Positions 1 to 12,400 of a stretch of 64,000 nt of DNA are shown here, one piece after another. This DNA comes from Blasia pusilla. Its lineage: Eukaryota. Both the position numbers and the translations under genes were made by a program. The stretch covers positions 13,640,001-13,704,000 of the forward strand of contig CM114271.1 of the NCBI GenBank assembly GCA_050084515.1, read 5' to 3'. The notes under the pieces are model-generated. The model did no database searches. It saw only the letters and a program-made list of their open reading frames with translations, and was not told the origin of the DNA. Numbering within the stretch: the first letter of the stretch is position 1; each line of letters starts with the position of its first letter.

Positions 1-466
1 TGGGGCTAGGACCAACTCAAGGAGTGTAAATGACAAAGGGTACAAGTAATAGCAAGTCACATATATATAGAGAAGTATCTTCCCTATTGGGAAAATTTCT
101 TCCTTGTGTTTTTAGTAATTAGTAAGTGACCTGACATCGATGTGCAAAGTCTGTTTTTAGGCACAAAGATTTGCAAAGTGGGATGGAGTCTTGATTGAAG
201 TGTTGCATGTGTGTAGCAAAGTATACGACTCTAGGCTTGCAACGGGCAAGCGTAGGGAAAACATACACACCAAACTTAGTGAGTGAGAGCAACGTGTGTG
301 GCGAGGGGGTGAAGGTCAGCAAAGTGGGTGTGAACAACTCTGGTTGGATCACCACAACTTCAGAAGGAAAGAATAGGTGGCATGCAGATTTTAGGGCGGA
401 GGTGTTGCGATGGCTTGACTTCTCCATTGTGAGTTTTCAGACCAACACTTTGGTGATTGGAATTCA

Positions 467-793
467 ATGTTGAGTGATATTGCTGCTAGATGGAAGTATG
501 TTGGAAACAATGGTAATGGAGTGGCTGTTCCATGTTCGGAGGAATATGCACAACGAATACTCAAGACAGAGAGATTTAGATTACGTCAGACACGGAAAGA
601 AGCTGGAGGAGGCAAGAAAGTGGCCCCACCACCTCATGTAGACCCCAACCAATGGGGGAGATTACTAACGCACTTCATGAGTGAGAGTGCGAAGACAAAG
701 AGTGAACAGATGTCCAAAGCACGGGTAGCGGTAACCAATCCAAACCCTGTAGGAAGAAAAGGGAATGCGCCAATTGCAGAGCGCCATGTATGA
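467..793 (+). pseudogene. Exon fragment resembling the CACTA accessory (Ptta/TnpA-like) protein
   Basis: PPHVDPNQWGRLLTHF...KSEQMSKAR...GRKG resembles plant En/Spm accessory proteins; lies upstream of the CACTA terminus. Confidence 0.4.
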
Positions 794-3278
794 ATAATAT
801 TGAAGGACCTGTCTTTAATTTCTATTACCATCATATATTTTTTGGCTTGGGCCAGTGTTTGATAGACTAAACTTGGTTGGTGTAACATGTCTTGTAGAGG
901 AAAGAGAAGGGGCAAACCCCTACTAAGGCGTAAGTGCATGAGGAGGCAAAGAACCAAAGGAGTCATGGTACAACTATGGTGTCCAAGGAAGTATTTGCAT
1001 CTGGTTGCTATAGAGTTGAGGTGACTCTAGTGTATTTATAGTACATACTTGTTAATATAGAGTGAGATCGAGGTCTTGTGTTTCAGGCTGCAGGATCATC
1101 TAAGCTGACAGAGATCTCTACCCAATTAATGTCCATGGAGGAGTTGTTGCCTGAGTCTATGACTTACATAATTGATCACATGGATGCATTCTCCAACAAA
1201 TTGGATGTGCTAGAGGCAATAATACATATTGCTATTGCTAATCAACAAGAGAACTTCACAGAGTTGATGGAATTGATTTCCATAAGCTTGGGCAGGGACC
1301 ATGATGACATAAGGGGTTCCAAGGAGAGATCTGAAAATCCAAGAGTTGTATCCTCTCCTCATGGAGTTAGTGATGCGCACCCTGCTCCTAATGGAGCATT
1401 AGCCTTTATGCCGTTGAGTGTATCCTCTCCTCACCCAATCACCGGACCACCTTCAAGGGAGAGTGCACCCTCTCTGAAGTTGGTCACTATTGTGCCTTCG
1501 CCTCTAGTTCTTCCATAGGTTGCCAAGGATGTTCATAGAGTAAGAGGACTAGATAAAGTTGTTGCATTGGCATTGCACCAACTGATCCAAAGAAAAAGGG
1601 AGGCACAAAAGAGGTTAATGCTATTGTGTTTGCGGTGACCCTTTGAGTTCAGGTATGTGAGTTCAGAGTGATGTTGTGCACTTTACTTTGAAGTTGTTGA
1701 AGAATCATAATGTATTTGAAAGGGTGGTTAAATTTTCTTGTTGATTGTGATTGTAGAGACCACATATGAGGCCTCGGCCATTGTAGACAAACGCCAGGGT
1801 AGGACATCACGAAGATGCAATTTGGAGGCCACGGTAGTTTCAGAAGAGAATGAGGACATTGCAAGGATGTTGGTGGTGGACCACTGGAGTTGGATCATTT
1901 GGATCTTCTGCAAAAGCCAACGGTGGTGAGAGAGGCTACCAAGCCGGTGTTGAAATAATATGTTGTGCCTCCATTACAGCAATTGATGTCACACGAGAAT
2001 CCCTCTATGGTTGTAGGTTACGGTAGCTTGCATCATGGTTGTTCTACTTTCCATGGACGTGATATTTCAAATGGGTATTCTGTTCTCCATTTGAGAGAGG
2101 TTTGCAAGAAGAAATATGTATTGCATTTCCAAATATGGTTGACGATCCACTGCAAATTTATGTTGGAGATGCCATTGAGAGTGTAGTGTTATGCCCATCT
2201 CATCTTGTTATGCCTTCTCAAAAGTCGGGGCACCTTCGCTTTGTATATAGTTTTTTTTAATGTGGCCATCCTAGTCTTATAAATTCTTAATTTTGAGCTA
2301 TTCAGAGAGGGGTCTTTTAGATGCTAAGATATTTAGAAGTGGATTTTTGTACTCACTAGTAGAGGAACCAACCCTTTGACATCCTTCATAAGTCTGGTCA
2401 TTTCAATGTACTTGTAACTTTTGTACTCAAAAGTAGAGGAACTTGATGTTTGTGTTTCAGTTTTGAGTGTGACAATTGAGATGTACTTGGATTTTCATGT
2501 CTCAATTTTGAGTATATGAGAGGGGGAGTTTGTACTCAAAAGTATATTTTTTGTTCTTTCATTGATGAGGGAAATTGAAATGGACTTCGGCCTGATTTTA
2601 ATGTAAGTCTCCATTTTTCATAGAAAGCATCATTCACTATTCACTAGGCCTTCTTTTGATGTAAGTAGATAGTCCATTTAAGGGTGAATGGATACACTTT
2701 GTAGCTTTGGATCTATGGCCACAATTAGATGTAAGAAGCATTTGCTACCTCTATCTTTCAATAGACAAGGATTTCAGACAGTAAAAATTGATCAGATGCT
2801 ACAATAAGAGTGGGTTGGTATATGAGTAATGTGCTTGTATGTTTTCATGCGATGCTGGTAGCATTAGGACTGTACTTAAAGCAGAATGACATCTCCATTG
2901 CATGGATGTAAGAGAAGCAGTGATAGGTGTAGGGAGGATAGATGTGAAGGTGTGATTTATATTTATGGATACAAAATGGACTTAAATGCCAATTTCATCT
3001 ACATATTTCTGTTAGCAATAAAGCAAGTTTGTCATACATAATAACTGTTATTTTATTTGCATATTGTTTGTTAGTGAATAGGATTGTAAATGACATGGAC
3101 AAGTCATTTTAATGATTTTGAGTCATTCTTTTGTGACGCATGAAGTCATTATTTGTTACTCTGAGTAGTCATTCAAAGTCTAGACATTAAGAGTGACTAG
3201 ATGTCTTGCTTGTTGTTGTCTTTGTGGATGGATCAAGACTAGCTAATCACTATGTTGGTAGGAGCCACATAGAACAAA

Positions 3279-3280
<2 letters not shown>

Positions 3281-3351
<71 letters not shown>
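3281..3351. repeat. (AG)n microsatellite
   Basis: Perfect AG dinucleotide run. Confidence 0.97.
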
Positions 3352-3357
<6 letters not shown>

Positions 3358-4298
3358 ACTATCTTCTATAGTTCTTGCATTCTCCTTAACAATTTGAGTC
3401 CCATAAACAATTTTACTCGTTAAGTACTTCCCACATAAGGGATGATTTTCCACATAAGGAGAGAGCAAAAATGAGATTGATTCTTTCCGCTCAATCTCCT
3501 AACGGACTATCTCCCTCTTGATGTTCCACTCAAAAACTCAAGTCTTGCACTTGTGACTCAAACGTTTTAGCTCTTCTCTTGTGCTCTTACTCAGCCGAAA
3601 CACTAAAGAAAGGGAATGTGGAAGAACTATTACGTAACTTCTTCCCAAAGCGTGCAAGCTTTAGGATTAGCTTGGTGGTATGCATAATCCCCAACCACCC
3701 TCTTGGCAAGTGTTTGAGCCTTGAGTCTTCCTTTTAGTTAAAGGTTATTCTATTCATTTGTCTTAGAGGATGTCTTAGAATAGTTTAATGCCATGTCAAG
3801 GTGCCATGTTTCCACGTAAGATAGGGTTATTTGTCATACCTTAGTATCTGCCACTCTAGTCATTTTTGTGATTATTCTACTCTATGACTATACTAGCTAG
3901 TCATCTACATCATGATATTAAAATAATATCATCAAACATAATAAATTGTAAATGTGTTTATATATATATATATATACTAACTAAACTAACACCCAACCTT
4001 ATTCTTTACATATTATTTAGATGCAACATTGTTATGATATTTTTTGATAAATCATTTAATTTATATGATTAGAAATACCTAGTCAACTACCTATGTATGA
4101 CTAGTAAATGACTTAGATTGGGTTGAGTAATACTTGAACTATATTCGACTTCATAAGTTTTTAGAATTGACACCACCATTCTAGTCATTAAATGAGTCAT
4201 AATTTATTGTAGTCATTCATTCTTAAGTCACAAAAACCACGTTTTTCTTCTAGTGCAACACATTATGTGGTGGTAGGAATGAAGTTTCTTCCTCATAA

Positions 4299-4490
4299 TT
4301 GGAGGTAGTTACAAAGGAGATTGCCAATGTGGAACTAACCTTGGAGCCTAAGCTTAGACCATCTATTATTGGGTTATGGCAAGCTGTCGTTGCTAGGCTA
4401 GAAGAGATACCAATTAGATCTATTATGGACTGCGCAATTATTGCATCTATTGTTGGACAATTGAGGTGGTTCTTTGTTTGGTTAGTCTAG
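4299..4490 (+). pseudogene. Remnant of the pre-protease region of the DNMT-gypsy family
   Basis: LTLEPKLRPSIIGLWQAVVARLEEIPIRSIMDCAI aligns by eye with LPLERMLGPSTSDSWQAAAARMAEMPTRPAIERAM of ORF 22575-23663. Confidence 0.6.
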
Positions 4491-5416
4491 GAGGTAACAT
4501 TTATTTTCCATAACGTGCCTTGTTGGACTCAAGAGTGCAACCCTAATTTTAGGGTAGGAAACTTTTATCCGGTTAGGCCTGGCTCAGGCTAAAATTGAGT
4601 GGTTCCGATCTTGGATTCAGACTTTATTAGGTAGGATTGGTACAACACAATCCATCACTTGATATAAATTAGGGATAGGGCTTTGACTAGAACATCCAAT
4701 ATATATATATATGGGTTTATCACGTACACCAGTCATGCACCTACTTCCTTGAACGTTAGTCTTGTGTATGGTGGAAGCTTGTGTCAAGAAAGTCACACTT
4801 TGATTATTGATCTATACTCAAACACACTCAAATTAGCCATCATTTGGATAAACTAGCCGTACATCTCCCAACATTTGGTCTTAAAGCTCAAAATATCTAG
4901 ACGAGGTCAAATACCAACCTAATCCCTCATTCCCCAACACAAGAAAGTCATTCCAAACTTGGGATAGAATTCCTTCATCGTCTAGGGACTTTAAACGATG
5001 ATAGCGCATATAGCAATCCCAATTGCCCAATAGACCTTAAATAAGTTTGTAACTATGACTCAATGACTAAATCACAAGTGAAGATCCAAGGTTGATGTTT
5101 GTAATAGGTCCACCTGGACTTTTTTTGGTATTTCATGCACATACATATCATTGCATAAAATACATCATTGTCACCAAATATAAAAACGAAAATATGAGAT
5201 ACCATATTCACACATGTCATTTGAAGATAGGAATGATCATGTACCTAAATATCTCCAATAAAATCAAGATCACTCCAATCTCTCACATAATCTCCATTTC
5301 TCATGTCAAACCAAACTCACTTTCATAATAAGAGGCTTGGATTATCCTTAAGACAAGAAGGATCATAGCTCCATTTTCTCATGATAAGAGGTTTGACAAA
5401 GACATAATGAGATCCA

Positions 5417-5419
<3 letters not shown>

Positions 5420-5465
<46 letters not shown>
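5420..5465. repeat. (CT)n microsatellite
   Basis: Perfect CT run. Confidence 0.95.
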
Positions 5466-5466
<1 letters not shown>

Positions 5467-5799
5467 AACTTGTGCTCAGTAGGTTACATCCTTGGCTCTT
5501 GACCTGCAATAAGGGATCCATCTCGTGCCTTTTGCTCATCCCCACAGCTTTAAAGGTAGGATTTAGGTTCCAGACTTCCTAGGAGATCCTCCCCCTTATA
5601 GATGATTCTTGAGATCCTCAATACGATTTACTAGTAGTCTGATAGGCCGAAACCACGAGATATGGTGATATTATCATATCTAATGGTGCCATCACATGAA
5701 GAGAATTGATTGACAACTATAGCCATGAAGGTAACACATCCATAGTGCTTGCCCTTATGAGAAGAGTGTCATGATAAAAATATTTTCCAAGGAAGGGGA

Positions 5800-6620
5800 G
5801 GTATTTTTACAAGGTTTGGTTGACGAACTTTGATGGAGTGTTGATACTTACTCGCAAACGGCTTAGAGTGAGGCCATTCCACCAAGTTGAGATGGGCAAA
5901 AAGAGCCTAAGGTAATGGAGAATGTTTTCTTGACACCTTGGACACCACATCATTTGTATCTCAATATTTGGAGGGATGTGTGGGAGTATTAAGTCTCCTT
6001 GTAGAAATGAATATAGGATTGATGGTCGTATTACAAGTAGGATTCCACATACAACAATCCTTGTATGTGGAGCAAGATGAGACCCTAAGGCAAGTCTCAC
6101 TTTGATATGTAGTTCACTTGAGGCTATGATTCCCATATTTCTTACCTCGTTTCTTACCAAAGATAACAATGAAGGATTACCAAAGTACATTCCTTGCCTT
6201 AGGATATCTCATTATTGTGGGGCATTAGATGTCCATTAGTTGGGTGGTATCCACTTGGTGATTACAAGTTGGCCCTATGAAGGTTAATTGATTGCTGAAT
6301 GAGGGAGTGTCTTCAGAGATCCCTGATATAGGTTATTTAGGTAGATGGTGTGGATCTTGCAATTTATGTAGAAGCATTTGTCTCATTCTATAATATTTAA
6401 TTACCATTTTGGACGACACTCAGGTACAAGTAGTGACGAGTGCGTACCAAATTCATGCATGAATTGGACCAGAAAGACTCTTTGATTGATGCAACAAGCG
6501 TGGGATTGCAAGCATATCGTCACGTAACTATAGTGAATGAGCTTGAAGCTAAGCCACATGAGATGTTAAGGAGGGCATATGCTAGAATGAAGTGATCCCC
6601 CTAGTTATTGGTGGACTCTA
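5800..6620 (+). pseudogene. Highly decayed gag-region remnant, probably the same gypsy family
   Basis: Patches HEMLRRAYARMK (~6555-6592) vs SESLREAYTRLR in gag, and tacaagttggccctatga vs tacaagttgggcgtacga (~21321). Boundaries approximate. Confidence 0.35.
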
Positions 6621-9443
6621 TTTGGGATCCATGTTGTTAATCCTAGATGATGCGACATAATGATCAACCTCTGTTGAGTGTGGTGAACATCGTAGGCATG
6701 CATGCCATCGGCAACACACCCAAATTGATGAGTTTTCGTGACTCTCATACTTATACAGAAGGTGATTCTAGCTTAATCTAGCATAATCATGCATAATAGT
6801 TAGTGAAACCCAATGTTGTTGAGCGAGTCTGTGAATGAGATTTCCTACATGAGTGATGGTATTATTATTATTTCTCAAGGCATCTCGACTTCAATTCTTT
6901 GGTCACACAATGGACCCGAATTGCATGAAATGGATTGTCAATGTGGAAGTGGCTAAGCAATGTCGGATGCAGTCGAGACACATTACATCTCTCAAACTAC
7001 TGAGTTCGTCGCTTAACGAGGCAACGGGCGAGGCCTATGGAGATTACGAGAGATTCTCATGGACCTCTTGGGATGTGATGCAAGTACACAAAGACTTGGC
7101 TACCTCTACAAGAGATGTAATGCGCGATCTTAATGATTGAGGAGTGCCACGAACGGAGACGAGAGTGGAGATTTGTAATTTGGATGCATGTGAATAGTTG
7201 AGTAGTGTTGGTGCTTTGAGGATTGTGCAATAGCAAACACACCCCATACTAAAGAGTCTTACCATAGTCATGATTGAGACTTGGGAGCCATAGATTGATC
7301 CCAAATCGTTACAAGGAGAGTGGCATCATGCCCATCAATTCTTGAGGAGTTATAAGAGTGTTTTTGCATTTTGTGAGCATGGATTTAGGGATTAAAAAAA
7401 TGGTTCACTTTTAATTCTCATCGCCTTGGACCAAATCCATGCTCACAAAATGCAAAAACACTCTTATAATTCCTCAAGAATTGATGTGCATGATGCCACT
7501 CTCCTTGTATCGATTTGGGATCAATCTATGGCTCCCAAGTCTCCACACTCTAAATTTCTTCAAAATACAATGGCATTAATATGCCATTGTATTTTGAAGA
7601 ATCGTTTAAAAAAAATGGTTCACTTTTAATTCTCATCGCCAAAGGTTTTGTTCCCTAAATCCTTGGAAAGGATCCAAGGATTGAAATCAAGTTGGTTAGT
7701 GATATATCAATCTTTCAACCGCTCCACACATTTAAATAGAGCTTGTTGGCATAGTAAGAGTGAGGACCCTAAAACTAAGACTTGAACAAATCACTTCCTC
7801 CCTCCTTAACCCCCTTTCTAACCAAAATTTGAAGTATTGGTCATTTTGATATGAATTAGGTCTGAATTTTTTTTGGATATAATTCCTTTCAACACTTGTG
7901 CAACTCTTCCATGCTTGCATTCACACATGTCCAACGCTACATCTTTTCGTGTTTGTTAGATTTAACTAGTGTGGAATTCATTTTTTCGCTTGAATACGGA
8001 ATACACATTCCCCAAAAAATAAAAAAAGAACCATGTATCCACCATGTGCGAATCCAAAAAGGGCCATAGAAGGCTAGCTTTCCCCTTCTTGAGGATCTAT
8101 TTGCACCTTAGGAAAGCATACACCAAATCACCCGCAGATCAAATGTTCTCAACGAAATATCTGATTAGTCTAAACTAAGACATTAAATTGACAATACAGA
8201 GAGTTAAAATTGTTTATTTAAAAAGTGTTTATCGTGCTTTCTCTGTTTTCTAGATAAGGGAAATGGAGGGAAGCGAAAGAGTGTCATATGTATTCAATTC
8301 AAGATTCAAGCCAAGCATCTTATTGGGGCATTGAGTAGGTTTTACCTGAAGAAGGCGACGGTAGAATAAATAAGTAATTTTAATTATTACTTTAACAGTG
8401 ATTCATAATCATGATGTCTCGCCGTACCTGAGGACACTCTAGGAAAGAATCCACGTAGCCGTCCTCTCCCGTAGGACATACCGGGGATGCTTTATTTCCA
8501 AAATAGAAGGCGGGGTCGCATAGGAGCCGTGTAGCTTCCACTTTGGGATCGCTTGCCTTGGAGCGTAAGAGGGGTAGCCACGTTCTCCCGATAGAGGAAC
8601 AGTCCGTGCGCGCTATCACTGTATTATACAAGGGAGGGACGAAGCGGCCGGAGCTGGCCGGAAGCGCCACGAGAGGTGAACAGTGAGTGAGGGGAGCCGA
8701 GACCCCATGACATTCTTTGACCGAGTCTGAGCCGCGAACTCGTTGGTGCTGAGTGCCTTCGAATTGCGTCGGATCTCATACCGACGTGTGATTTTTTCGT
8801 GGGATGCTCACGGACATCGACTGCTCATCAGGGTGTGTGTGTGTTTCTAGCGGTATTTTTTGCGTTTTGGTCAAGCTTTGGAGAATTGGGTTCGGTTGAC
8901 TTAGATGAGGAGTTGATTGATGGATGCATCCGTGAATCTTGCATCTGATTCTCGTTTCTTGTGTGAGGAGTGGCTGGGCATTGAGACGAATTGGATCCAT
9001 GTGTCGTATCGTGGACTTCGATTGTGGCATAAATAAGAGAGTTCGGTGGAGACACTACAGTGCTCTCTTCCAGTCAACTAGAAAGATGGCCACTGTGTCT
9101 TGAGTTTTTGGGATGTCCGTAGTTATCCTGGCTTGCTGGATTGCCCTCTCTGGACCTCAGTGTGATAACGTGTGCGAGTGGCATACTTAGTGAAGACACA
9201 CCTTAGCGCTCTGTCATGCGTGTCGCGGTCACCGACTCTTGGCGTCTTGTTATCACTCCTCTCAGCTTGCAAGATGCGTCTAATGTCGTCTCTGGATATT
9301 GCTGTTCGGATCTCGGCGCTCTTGATCTACTCGTAGCTTGTGCCTGCATTTTGGCCTTTCTTATATTTACTCGTTTGCAGTATGCCGCAGTTAGCAACTT
9401 CAAATCTGCTGGAAGAAAATCGGTGTGGAAAATTTTCCCTACA

Positions 9444-12400
9444 ATGCGAGGGCAGGTGATGTCGGGTGCATTGCGATCTGGACTTCGTATATGTAATCGA
9501 GTTGTTGCTGATGGGAGTAGGGAGCTGGCTTTTCTGAGATTGCGCCGCGGAGGAACGCTTTCAGCAGCTGTCGCTGTGTCCGCCTCATTCTCTTCTCCAC
9601 ATCTTACTTTTGCCGCCGCAAACGACTCTCTTGGAATGGGATCGAGGCATAAGTACAATACAGATTTTTCTTCCGTTTAATCATTTTGGCATCAAGCTTG
9701 AACATACCATTGTTAATGTATTTCTATTGTGTGTCGCGCTCTGCTTCAAGCGAGATTTGAAAGAAGAAAGTAGGAGTTCCAGGACATCCAAATCTAACGT
9801 CGGGGGAGTCGACCTGTTGGGATTGCTTCCAACCACCCCGCACACCACGTTGGTAGCGTTGATCTACTTAAGTCGTCAACGGACTCCCTCTTGTTGTTCT
9901 ATCCCATGGTGCGGGTAGAGGAAGCCAATTCCAGGTTATACAACCGAGATATCTTTTTCATATGTAGTTTGTTCGGATCTAGCGACACAGGGATGAGTGA
10001 GGGAGTGATTGGTCGCCGTAATGAAATTCTCTCTCAAGGAGAATTTTCTGAATATGGTGTACCTTGGTCAATCTTGCGTCTACATTGTCAAAGTTGGGGA
10101 ACTAGGTAGAACAGGTGACTGAGTATCGCTACCCAAAATCCACTTTACCGCGCGTGCTCTGAAAGTCTGAGCGAAAACTGAGGATATGAAAGGTCGAATG
10201 TTTCATAAACTTCGTTAGTTCCGCTCGCTAAAGCTGGTTGGAAAGAACTAAACATAGATTGTCCTGAGCACGACGGAGCCAGTAAGAAGGAATTTATTTG
10301 TCTTGGTGTGGGAGTGGTGGCGCTGTCGGCCGGTATCTTTGGGTTTCTTACGGAAAATTGGATGTTATTTAACTTTTATTCCCATCGACTTTGGTGTCTG
10401 GGTGGTAGCCGCACGTACATGAACCGATTGAAGGTTAGATATTCTACAATGTCAAAGCGCTCTGAATGCCAGATATTTGGATCTATAAACCCGAGATTGT
10501 TGTCATCAGCACCTACCTACTCTTGATTGTGAAGCCTGCGCTCTCTGTGAAGGGATGTTTTTTCATTCTTTTCTATACATTTCTCATTCTGATTTCGACT
10601 TTCTGTGATGGCAGGGTTGGTGCTTCGAGCGATGGAGATAGGAGAGCACCTTCCACCACCACTGTAGGGGCCTGGTATCATGTACCAGAGCTTTCTGTGC
10701 GGGATATTTACTTTGTTGTCCCGTTAGATTATTCTTCTCCGAACAGTGCATTTATCTCCATTTTTGTCCGTGAAGTGGTTGGAGGTAAGCTCATATGTAA
10801 CAAAGTTGGTATCTCCATTTCTTTCCGTGAAGTGCTGATGTTGTTCGGTGATGCTTCGCTTATGTCAGTCTCAGGTTCTAATTACTAGCGAATTTCTGCC
10901 AATAGATGCATGTTTCGAGCTGACAATGTTTTCTTGCAGCTGGAAAAGAAGATCAACAATTACCGTACTTGCTTTATCTCCAAGGAGGACCGGGCTTCGA
11001 GTGTGCAAGACCAGCAGATGCTGGTGGATGGATGAAAAAAGCCTGTGAAGAGTATCGTGTGGTCCTTCTTGACCAGGCAGGGTGGTTGAACCTATTCACT
11101 CATCCATCTAGGTCAGGGCCTTGAAGTTCAGAGTTTTCATAACGTTATTTGGCATGTAGAGATTAATTGCAATGATTGTATTTTCATTCTCCTCCCCATC
11201 TTTGGGTTTTATTTTGAAAAGCATGTTGCTGGTCTTGCTGGAACATGTGTAGTGAGGCAATGGTTTGTAATGGCAGCGTGGAACAGGCCTCTCAACACCT
11301 CTCACTTCATCGGCTTTGAGTCAGTTCGCATCTGCAAAGCAACAGGCCTCTTATTTGCAGCACTTTCGTGCAGATAATATTGTAAGAGATGCAGAATATG
11401 TAAGGAGTCGCTTGTTACCTCCGGGAGAACGCTGGACAGTCCTGGGCCAGGTTGACTCTCTTTTATGCCTGACTTATACTCACATCAGTATCTATAGTAT
11501 CGTGCCCTTTGGGCTCCAGGGTTGAGGCTTTAGCTGATGCCAGAGTGCCTTCTGCCGCTTTGATTGGAACTGGAATATTATTTTTCATAGGAAGTTGACA
11601 ATGTTATAGAAAAACTTTTAAGGGAAATGCAAAAAAGACCTTGCCAATCTATGCTTTGTGCAGTGCTATATTTCCCCTCTGAGCCTACAATTATGTAACT
11701 CGGTATCCACAACTGCCAATGAGACATTGTGAAGCTTGGATGTTGGTTGCACGATTTGGTAGGCGTCCTAAAGCTGTTATGCAACATGTTTGAAAGTACG
11801 AGGGCCTTCGGAGAAATAGAGAAAAATCTGACAATACTCTCAACTCCCTTTTGATCAGTGAATCAAATGATGCTTCGTCATCTTGTGGAAGTTTTTTCAA
11901 ATCTATCACTACTTTCCTGCCCCATCCATCCAGGGTATGTGGTCAGAAGCAGTGCCAGAAGGGTATGCATGCAGCTTGCTAATCATGCTCATGGAATGCT
12001 TGGGTCCTCTATTGGTTCTACCAGAAGAAAATTTATCCTGGAAACATGATGTTTTAGCAAGATATCCACTCCATCCTTCCACGTCCTGGCATTTGTGGTC
12101 ATGATGCTATGGCCAAAGTCATAGTAAAACTTGCTGGTTTTGAATATATTGTGCTGAATGTACGGTTTTGCACTTGGAATATGATTTATTTCATTTAGGT
12201 GCTCCATCAACAGGGAGGGCTTGCATCTTCGCGTTTGAACTAAAGATTTTTTTGTTATCTTAAACATTAAAACAGAGCAGAGAGAGAAGTGCTACATTTC
12301 TTATTTTCAAAGATCAAAGAAACTGGGTTGCTCCTTTGCTGATTAAACAAAGAGAGTGTGCTGTGGTGTTTTGGTACATTGGGCTTGAGATGGGCCTGTG

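Larger units (their letters stand above)
1..4255 (+). mobile_element. 3' part of a degenerate CACTA/En-Spm DNA transposon
   Basis: Ends in TTTTTCTTCTAGTG (4242-4255; reverse complement CACTAGAAGAAAAA, a typical CACTA TIR). Many AGTCAT/ATGACT subterminal motifs at ~3090-3200 and ~3850-4230. Left end lies outside the window. Confidence 0.6.

Noticed and set aside
3206-3468. ORFs with ERERER/SLSLSL runs (also 5363-5545, 54369-54745)
   Set aside because: Translation artefacts of GA/TC microsatellites.
9203-9658. 151-aa antisense ORF over PIP exon 1, and similar shadow ORFs such as 22943-23539 and 27266-27847
   Set aside because: Antisense shadows of real coding sequence with no recognisable motifs.
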